Positions 15,171 through 25,428 of a stretch of DNA of 64,000 bases are shown here, one piece after another. Within the stretch, counting starts at the first letter, position 1; every line of letters begins with the position of its first letter. The DNA lies in assembly GCF_009914755.1 (NCBI RefSeq), contig NC_060929.1; one strand, written 5' to 3'. The notes under the pieces were generated by a model. The model saw only the letters and a program-made list of their open reading frames with translations, was not told where the DNA came from and searched no databases. A program made the translations under genes and the position numbers. The stretch comes from the human T2T-CHM13v2.0 reference genome, Homo sapiens.

Positions 15171-17724
15171 CAGTAAGACATCCCATGAGTGTGGGTGTGT
15201 GTTTCTGTAAACTTGATATCAGTCAGGACTAGTTGAACTGTGCTTAGGAATTCCGGGCTTAACATCACAAAGGACTGTCACCACTCACATGAACACAGGT
15301 TTGTGTGGGTCAGCTGAGAGACTGTGCTGCTCAGTCTGGGTCTGGGGACCCAGAATGGTAGAAGCCTCAACTCCATGTTTCCATGGTTGCCAGGGAGGCA
15401 AGAGGACATGGCTAACAGTGCATAAGATTTTAAAGTTTCCACTCGCCCCTCACCTAACTGAAATGACAATAGTGAAATGCAATTATATTACATGCCCAGA
15501 AGGAAGAAAGCAATAGTTATTTGTAAAGAGTCCTGATGGTTACCCGAGGCTTGGAGAAAGGCATGGAATGGACACGAAGGAGGAAGGGTACACACTCTGT
15601 TTCCCTTGTTTGCAGCAGGGCAAAGAGGGAAAGAGTATAGAACTCTATTTCCTAACAAACAGAAACGCCAGTAACCAGCTCAGTGAGGTCAGGATGGAGA
15701 GAAGCAGACAGACAGAGACAACCCACTGGTCTGGAATCCTAAAATGAGAAGACCCTGTTTTTGAGTGTGGCTGTGAGGAGAGAATTTTCAAAGGTGACTT
15801 TCAAGGATTTGCATCTGGGTTTTTGGAGACAGAGGCATTATGGGCAGACTTGAGTTATCCTGCAAGACAAACAGGTTTAAGAACATAAAGAAGCTCTTGG
15901 TTGATTTGAAACTTGTGGAGCTTGAGATGCAAGTAGAAGATACGTAGGAAGATAGGCATGTCTTGCAAAAGGCAAGTGCGGAGCTGGAGTTAAGAGACAC
16001 ACTTGAAACTTTTATTGGAATGAGTGCTGTTGCCTCAGCTATTGTGCAAACTTGGGGTTTCTGCAGAGGATCACAGGAATGAGATCCCTGGCTCTGCACT
16101 CTTTAGCCTCTGGACAGAGGTACATCTAAGGGGAATGTCATCCATGGGGAATGTCCCCATGGTAACATGGAAACCCAAGAGATAGCATTCGACTATCTGG
16201 AGCTTTTTACCCACACATTCTTTACATGTGCCAAATCCATTTTAGTTTTACATATGGCCCTATTTGAAGTTGCATTGGAAAGCAGGCTTAAAAAAAATGA
16301 GAACTCTTTGAGATTAATAAGGAGTGAAGAACATTCTCCCTATGGGACTCGAAGCTGCAGTTGAGTTTCTTCCTCCCTGTCCTGCCTGCCGAACACTCCC
16401 CAAGCACCACTAGCCAAACTCCTGAAATGCTACCACGGAAACCTCTGATTTGATTTAATGCAATTTGCGCAATTGACCCTTGAAAATTAATTTTGCCATC
16501 TCATAATGAATACTTAACAGGGACTTCTGTATTCAGAAAACTGAAGATCTATTTTCCATTTGGTTATTGTGGATAAGCCTTCCACAGACTTCCATTTCAA
16601 GGCTCAAAATATTTGCAGAAGTATATTTTAATGGAGACGGTATTAGAATTTTAAAGTTATCCAAAATTAAGCTACTCAAAAGTTATGATAATTTTAAAGA
16701 AATGCTAAAGGTTTTTGCATAGAAGCAAATATGTAATCATAAAAGAGAGGTTCTCTTTTGTAATTGTCAACTCTGGTACCTGAAATTATTCATTTAATAC
16801 CTGTTGTGGGATATAAGATTTTACATAAATGTTATGTGTAGAAAAAACAGTATCTTAATCGAACATACTTTCTGTAAATTGGGAGGGCAACACAGAGATT
16901 CCAAAGTAAATTTCATTTGCTCAATAAGCTATAAATACACAACAATTGATTTTCCCATTCCTAAAGAAACCTTTCTGATAGCTCAGTGGTTCTCAGTCAG
17001 ATTCGTTGGAGACCTGGGAAAGGATCTGCACAGCACACCACCAGTGTGTGCTGGTGGTAGCTCTTAGTGGCTTTGGAAGATGATTTTGGGGCTAGAACTC
17101 ATGCATGTTCCTTCCTTGGGAAGATGAAGTGAGGGAGGTGCCCCAGCCTGCCTGTGTAGATAGAGCATCGCTTACTACAGGTCCCTCCAAAGGCATGCCT
17201 GATATGTCTTCCCAGCCAAACTTTGCATTTTTATACATAAACGGTCTAAGACAATACTTTTTGCCTTGGTTTCACATCCCAAATATGGAATGGAACAAGT
17301 GGAATGCATATGATGCTAAATAATAATGCTTTACTGAAAAAACCTTCAGAGTCTTTATTTTTAAAGAGGTGAAAGAAAAAATATTTACCAGAAAAAAATA
17401 TTGCTATGGCAATGTGTTCCCCCACAGTTTTTGGCCTGAGGGCCCTTTTAAATATAGATTGAATGGGAGGAGACGGGGGCATGAAGCAGATGGTCCATGC
17501 CCAATCTAGGCTTCCTGATGAGGATTCCGGGTCATTTTTCCCACTCACAGTGGGTTTCTCCTGGCTGTTGTCCCAAGACGGCTGGACTCAGAAGAATTAG
17601 AGAAGGTGCTCAGAGTCCACCCTGTTGTCTCCTCCCGGTGAGGGCAGGTGCCCTTCTCTCAGGACGCAGACTGTGAGATGACAGCTGCTTGTATGACCAT
17701 CTCTTCTGCTGGGCCCTGAGGCCC

Positions 17725-17812
17725 CTGAGAGCTGGGGCTCTGTCCTGCACCCTCCACCTCCAGAACCTGGCTGCATTTACAGGAGCTTCACACAGGCTTG
17801 CAGAATGAATGC
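17725..17812 (+). mobile_element. L2 3' end fragment
   Basis: ctccagaacctggctgcatttacaggagcttcacacaggcttgcagaatgaatg. Confidence 0.55.
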
Positions 17813-18489
17813 TTCTTCAGGTCGGAGTGCCTTAATAAGCATTCATTCAGCAAGCCTATTCCAAAAAGCCTGGAGTGCCAAATCGAAGAGTGCCTCTTCA
17901 GGACCCACGTTTATTTTTAGGCTATGTCTCCTGAATCTTTCCTGTGCTCTTTTGTGTATGACAATTACATAAATACAGCTGATCAGACACCACCCTGGAA
18001 TAGTGAAGTGGTGACAGATGGTTCTTTTCAGGTTGTAATACGTGGTGCAGATTCCCAGGAGAGAAGAAGCCTGGTTTTCTCCCAGGCTTCCCTCTTTAAA
18101 TCCGTCAGGAGCCTAGCTTATTGCCCACATTCTTCTCAGGAGCTCACATCCATACTTGGTACCAGAAGCGCTGGCGTGATTGCACCACGTCCTTCCAGCT
18201 GTGCAGCGCTTGAGCGTCCCCTTCAGGTGACACAGGTCACACTGAAAGTGGGGCATGCTTTCCTTAGCTTCCCTTCTGCTTGGAGTCAAGAGCCGCATGG
18301 GAAGCTGGCCACATGTCCCATTCCCTATTTCCCTGACCTCAGTCCCTTCCAACTGGATTGTTCACCTTTCATCCTTTTTGATGTTCTTCTATCTCTGCTC
18401 CTTTTGTAATGAAAATGATCGTTTTTTATTACCTACTAAACCATTTTCTTTTTCATGCCAAACATTTCTTTGAGAGGTTTCATGTTGAT

Positions 18490-19050
18490 TGTTTTGATTG
18501 AGCTGAAATTCACACAACATAAATTACCCAATTTAAGTTGGCATTTCCAATGTTGTGCAACCAACACCTCATCTGGTTTCAGAGAAGTTTTCATCATCCC
18601 CGAAGGAAACCGTGCACCTAGTCAGCAGCTACTCTCCGTTCCCCAGCCAGTCCCCTTCCCCCAGCTCCTGGCAACCCCCAATCTGCTTTCCATCCCTATG
18701 GGTTTACTTATTCTGGATATTTGATGTAAAAGGAATCATACACTATGAGGTCTTTTGCCCAGATTTTATTCACTTAGCATGTTTTTGAGGTTCCCCTGTA
18801 TGGTAGCATGCATTCGCATCTTACTCCATGTTAAGGCTGAACAATATTCTATTGTGTGGATATACCACATATTGTTTATTCATCCTGTGATAAACATTTG
18901 TGTTTCCACCTTGGGGTTGTTTGCTAGGAAAATGATGTTATGAAATGGGTGTACATTTATCTGTTTCAGTACGTGTTTTCAATTCTATTGGAAATATACA
19001 CAGGAGTAGAACTGCTGTGTATGTTTAACTTCGAGGAATTGCCACTCTGA
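18490..19050 (-). mobile_element. L1MB-like 3' fragment
   Basis: tgttgtgcaaccaacacc...ttttcatcatccccgaaggaaacc...ctggcaacccccaatctgctttc...ctgaacaatattctattgtgtggatataccacat. Confidence 0.85.
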
Positions 19051-19543
19051 GTTCCCTGGCAGCTGAGCCATCCACAGGCTGTTTTATTTTGTTTGTTACA
19101 TACCCGTGCTCTCGGCATCTGCTTTCACTAACTCCCCTTGATGACACCTGCCCCTCCTCCATGGGTCTCCACCCTGTCCACACCCGTCCCCGATGATGCC
19201 TGTCCCTCCTCTGTGGGTCTCCCTTTGCAGTTTGGTAGATCACTTCAAGAATCCTCAGTGCATGTTCTAAAGCAAAGATACAGAACCCTGATAGTTTAGG
19301 ACCAGCTTTGCATCCATACTCATGGAGTGGTTTGGATACCAAAGTGAAGTCCCAAAATTTTGAAAACAAACTTTTCTCCATCACAACGATTAGTCTGTTA
19401 TTGTAATCCAGTGGACTTATTTGCATCGACTGCCCTATTTTGTCTATAGATTATTTCTAAAATGAGCATGTCTCATGCTGTTCTATGCAGCCTTTAGTGG
19501 CATGGAAACAGGAGGCTCTTAGAAACCAGAATATTTGGTGACT

Positions 19544-19570
19544 CTTATTGTTCTTCTTCTCTGCCCGTAG
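19544..19570 (+). promoter_or_regulatory. Polypyrimidine tract and 3' splice site of the ADCY2 exon
   Basis: cttattgttcttcttctctgcccgtag directly precedes the exon. gtgac at about 19538-19542 is a possible branch point. Confidence 0.85.
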
Positions 19571-19732
19571 GTATCGTTCTTCCTCTTCATCATCTTCGTG
19601 GTGTACACCATGCTGCCCTTCAACATGCGAGACGCCATCATTGCCAGCGTCCTCACCTCCTCCTCCCACACCATCGTGCTTAGCGTCTGCCTGTCTGCAA
19701 CACCGGGAGGCAAGGAGCACCTGGTCTGGCAG
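19571..19732 (+). CDS. ADCY2: Internal coding exon (162 nt, phase 0/0) of adenylate cyclase type 2, probably exon 3, first transmembrane cluster
   Basis: Acceptor ttgttcttcttctctgcccgtag| and donor CAG|gtgggt. The frame reads VSFFLFIIFVVYTMLPFNMRDAIIASVLTSSSHTIVLSVCLSATPGGKEHLVWQ (54 aa) and contains the membrane adenylyl cyclase YTMLPF motif. Third codon positions are C-rich and CpGs are retained, unlike the flanks. Gene identity and exon number are from recall. Confidence 0.95.
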
Positions 19733-20959
19733 GTGGGTGCACCTCCACATCCATGGAGAATGACTTTCCACATCCCACCAGGGGGTGAGGCAGGTGCTGC
19801 TGGCCCATTCAGGGTGTGTGTAGTGTGGTACCTGCAGCTGTTCCCTTTCTGCCCCTTGAGACTGACCCCCTATAACACTGAGGAGCCAGCCCCACTCCAC
19901 TGCCATTGGTGGGATCAACAGTCACTTAGCAATTAGCAACTGTAAAAGTAATGGTAGCAGGAAAGTTGGATGTGACAATTCTATTTTGTGATTGCTGAAT
20001 GGTGGTATGATTTTGATGGTCAAAAGGTGTTCTTATATGTTATAATTCAATACTCATTTTTATAGTGAAGTAACTTATACGATTAATTTCATAGTTTGTT
20101 CCCACCTTTGCTCTACCTTGATATTCAAAACCCTCTTTACAAAGATAAAAATTTTCTTTATTTTAAAATTTTCTATCAGGTCTATGAGCATTAAAAAAAA
20201 AGTAATTCTTTAAAATGGTACAACAACAAATTTTTCCTTACTAATAAATAGCATTTCAAAGAAGCCATTCTATTTAATTAGTTACAAGCATTTTAAACGC
20301 TGTTTGATTTCTAATTATGTACACCTATAAACATGAGGATGATTTGGAGTTATTCCTAACATTCTCTGTTTTACCTATTAAAAGTGCATTTAATTTGCTC
20401 TGTGGAGATCAACTGCAGCAAATGCAGCCATGACATAAAATGCAGTGGGGCTGAGAAAATTGCAGTTGTGACAACACTGTGCCATTCTAAAGGAACTTTA
20501 GGCATAGGTCACCTAAGCCCTGCTGGGTCTGAGAAACCAGTTTTTCTTTCACGTGATGTGCTATTTCATTTGGAAACTTGAGGTGGAAGTGAAGGCTCAC
20601 TCTTGAGTCTATAGTAGTCTCTCTCAGTTGGAAAGCTTTCTGCGGATCACTTTTTTCAATGCTCATCTCCTACTGCTTATCACATCACATTCATTAAGAG
20701 TAGCCAGGAAAACCTGCATTCATTAAGCATCCTGTATCCACACTGACTGTAGAGGCAGTGGCCTCTAATTTTACACAGTGGGCTAGAGTTTCACCCTGGC
20801 TTGTTTGGATATTACTAAGAAGCATCCACTCCCAGGAAGAGGAGGAAGGCCATATGGCTCCTCTCTGCATTGCCTTTGACACATGCTAGGAACCTGCACC
20901 ACCTGAGACAGACAGAGGCCAGCCAGTAACTAATCCAATGAGAGAATGAAGGTGGGTGT

Positions 20960-21212
20960 TTTATGTTTATTTTATAATATTTAAATGACAAATTAAGGTG
21001 GTATGTATTCAAGGTGTGCAACATTACGGTTTGCTATATGTATGCATTGTGTAATGGTTGTCACATTTAGATTAATGAACACATCCATCACCACCCATGC
21101 TGTACATTACATCCCCAGCACTTATTCATCTTATCACAGAAAGTGTGTATCCTTTGACCAACTTTTCCCCATTTTCCCCAACCCCTAGCCCCTGGAAACC
21201 ACCCTTCTACTC
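20960..21212 (-). mobile_element. L1MA-like 3' end fragment
   Basis: gtatgtattcaaggtgtgcaaca...catccatcacc...cctttgaccaac...cccctggaaaccacc. Confidence 0.8.
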
Positions 21213-21454
21213 AAAAGAACAATCTAGCCTTGCCTGGGATGAAGTGCAAGAAACACTCCTGTGGATACAATCTCTACCCCAGCCTTCACTTCCTGTTTCT
21301 GCACTTCAGAGCCTCTCCTGTGGGGCATTTCTCCTTTCTCCTATAAGTTCCACTCTTCCATCTTCTCGTTTATTTGAGCTGTTAAGCTCAACATTAGGTG
21401 TTCACATATGGGTCAGGGTGGTGAGCATGTTTTTGCAGTAGAAATGAGAAAACA

Positions 21455-21959
<505 letters not shown>

Positions 21960-23804
21960 TCAGAAGAAGAGGTTTTAATACCTGTCTGTAAGAATCAAAC
22001 AGGGTTAAAACAAAAAAGGGAAAAGGAAGTACTGCATGAAGAACTTTATGTATTGCAGGTCACTGAATACTGTATTCTTTATTGAGCTGGGTTTTTTGTT
22101 TAAGCATTTTTATTTTCCTGCATTGGTAAAAAAAAAAAAAAAAAGTGGGAAAGATGGAATCTTAAATTTTTATTTACTCAGTTTCAAAAACCGACAAAGA
22201 AAAATACATCTTATCAGCAAACAGCCAGAGATGCGATAATTCTAAAATAGCACCAAGAATAAAAATGCTTCACTCCATAGTATTTTATAAAGGAACAACA
22301 CCCAAAAGAACAGAATAACATGAAGTCCATTTCCCATTTTCTCAGAAACAATTTCACAGTAATTCCAAGAGCTGGGAAAGGTGGAACATGCGAACAGATT
22401 TGAAATGGGAGGTTTGTAGGTAAACATCACAGTAATGAAGAAAGGAGCTTTCAGTACCCTTGGCCACTGTTGGAAATATAACCTAAAAATACCACTGGTT
22501 TGAGGTTCCAGAAAAACACTTTATTGAATTCTTTTTATGCATGGTGTATATAAATTAGAATGTTACAAATTTGGTGGTTGTATTGCTGCAGTGTAATTGT
22601 TGAATGTAACACTATGTAAAATAAGGATACTGGCCTGATATGAAGAAAGAGGTTGCCCGCAAACTATAGTCAATATCACCCTGCCTTCTAAGCCACCAAA
22701 GGAAGGAAGAGTGCATTTTGTTTCGCACAGATCCATGTTAAGAAGTTTTTGTTTCATTTTATTTCTTTGAACATTGGCAATCCACTTATAGCACGTAGAA
22801 CTTATCTGTTAATCAAAATATTCACTTAAGATAAATCCATATTCTCCTTCCCTGCTGCATAAGAGAGTTCATTGTTCTCGGGAAATTCATTTTACCAGCA
22901 TTTGCCTTGAAGTAGAAGGCATTCTCAGGCCATGATGTATCACCTAATTAAGGAAATTTAATTAATAACTGAAAATTATGGATGGTATTCCTTAACACAT
23001 TTTCAACCTGAAGTGTAATCACTAATATATTTTGTAACTTTTGTTTTGAAACAATAACAGACTTACCAATAAGTTGCAAATAGAGTACAGAGAATTATTT
23101 TTTTTGCTAAGCCATTTAGAGGTAAGTTGCCAATCTGATGCCCCACCACCCCAAAAGCTTTAGTGTGTATTACTACAGTACCATTCTCCTACATTAACTA
23201 CAAGACACCTGCAAACACTGGGAAGTCCACATTGCTCTATGACTGCTATCTGATGCCCGGACCCTGTTCAAGTTCCTCCAGCTTTCCCTACAATGTCTTT
23301 CATCACAAAAGGACCTAGCTCAGAAGCATGGCATGACACATGGCAATGTGTTCTCCAGTCTCTTTGATCTTCTACAGGATGGAACAATTCTTTAGTGGTT
23401 CTTTGGCCCTATGATCCTAACACTTTTGAAGATTGCAGGACCGTTATTTTGTAATATGTCTTTCAACTTGAGTTTGTCTGATGCTTCCTCATGAATAGAT
23501 TCCGGTTCTGCATCTTTGGCAAGAATCACAGAGCGGTGGTGGGTGCATCCTCCCGGAGCGCAATCAGGGCTGTGTTGCTTCTCTTTGTCTCCTTACCTAT
23601 GGTGTTCACTTGTATGATGGCTCTGTCCATCCAACTCTTTCACATAGAAATTACTCTTTTCCTCTTTATAATTAAGACATATTTTGTGGAAAGGCACTTT
23701 GAAACTAGGCATCTAACTTGTTTCAATTTATTTATTTATTCATATCTATACAGTCTTGTATTTTCCTATTTTATTAAATCAATTATACACCATTAGCATC
23801 ACTA

Positions 23805-24239
<435 letters not shown>

Positions 24240-24467
24240 TAGTGGAACAAGATCTTTCTGGCTGATCTTATTCCTGTCTGCTCCAGGCCTAAAATCAACC
24301 CTCTCTGATTTTAGGGTCCTGATTCTGATGAAAGAATCGGGAGCCCTGACTTTTTTTCTTTTTCTTTTTTTTTAGTGAACAGCATTTAGAGGCATGATCT
24401 AGGCATTAGGTGTTGGGTGTCACTGCACCAAGGTGAGGCCCACACACATTTACATCTACATTATAGA

Positions 24468-24487
24468 TGTGTGTGTGTGTGTGTGTG
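24468..24487 (+). repeat. (TG)10 microsatellite
   Basis: Seen directly. Confidence 0.97.
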
Positions 24488-24699
24488 TTTGTATATACTA
24501 ATAGTCATGACTTCTCAAGGACATTTCCACTTCCAAGCAACCATAGGTTTCACTCCAGTTTTTGCCCTTTCAATTGCAGCTCCCTTGATCAACCGTAAAA
24601 AATACCTAGCTTCCATGATTTATGATAGATATCCTTTATTGGACCAATTCGTGTCTGTAACCAGCCTCCTGTTTCTACTGCCATCCCCTCCTCATGCAC

Positions 24700-24960
24700 A
24701 GATGCCTCCTCCCTTGGCTCCTGCTCTGATCCCTGTACCCAGCTTGTCCCCTGCAAGCATGTTCCCCTCCCTTGCCCAGGCTCTGACACCCCACACATGT
24801 GTGGATCCCCTCCCCTGTCCCAGCTCTGATACCCCTTGCATGTGTGGCTGCCCCTCACCTGGGTGTCCTCTTCCCTGTCCCAGCTCTGACACCCACGCAT
24901 GTGGGGCTGCCCCGTGCCTAGGTGTCCCCTCCTCTGCTCAGGCTCTGTCCTCCTGCGGTT
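24700..24960 (+). repeat. Degenerate GC-rich tandem repeat, about 42-60 bp unit, 4-5 copies
   Basis: Recurrent ccctgtcccagctctga(c/t)accc...catgtg(t/g)ggctgcccc. Two core copies are exactly 60 bp apart. Confidence 0.85.
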
Positions 24961-25134
24961 GGCTTTCCCATTCTGGATGCACCTCACACACAGCTTTGTC
25001 ATCTTTGGATGAATTTGGCCTCCCCCATCCACTGCTGGTGCAGATGCTTCCTTACGGGGCCTTGTCTGATGGCTTTAGGGCTGAATCATGCAGGAAGGAA
25101 GGAGAAGGACAAGAAGAAAAGGGAAGGCTGGGAA

Positions 25135-25428
25135 GGGAAGCGGGTGGTAAAATTGGTTCACAAGTACAAAAATGCAGGTAGAGAGAAGGATAATTTCCAG
25201 TGTTCGGTAGTATGGTAGGGAAATTATAGTTTACAACAATTCATTATATATTTCAAAATAGTTAGTAGAGAAGAATTGTAATGTTCCCAACACAAAGGAA
25301 GGATTAAGGTTGGAGGTGAGGGCTACCTTAAGTACCCTGATTTAATCATTACACCTTGTAAACAAGTATCGAAATATCATATATACCCCCAAAATATGTG
25401 CAACTATTATATATCAATAAAGAAAAAA
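25135..25428 (+). mobile_element. L1MA-like 3' end with A tail
   Basis: tatatttcaaaatagttagtagagaagaattgtaatgttcccaacacaaag...taccctgatttaatcattacac...tcaataaagaaaaaaa. Confidence 0.88.

Noticed and set aside
17924-18409. 161-aa ATG-initiated ORF in moderately GC-rich sequence
   Set aside because: No recognisable homology or codon bias, and the length is plausible by chance in 64 kb. Not excluded without Ribo-seq.
19457-19918. Antisense ORFs (153 aa, 84 aa) over the exon
   Set aside because: These are shadow ORFs caused by the exon's codon bias, with no independent support.
19598-19936. 112-aa ORF as a standalone gene
   Set aside because: It is the ADCY2 exon frame read through the GTGGGT donor into intron; coding character ends at 19732.
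24417-25181. 254-aa ORF, the longest in the track
   Set aside because: It starts at a non-ATG codon and runs through a TG microsatellite, an L1 relic, a tandem repeat and a second L1. The product is low-complexity.
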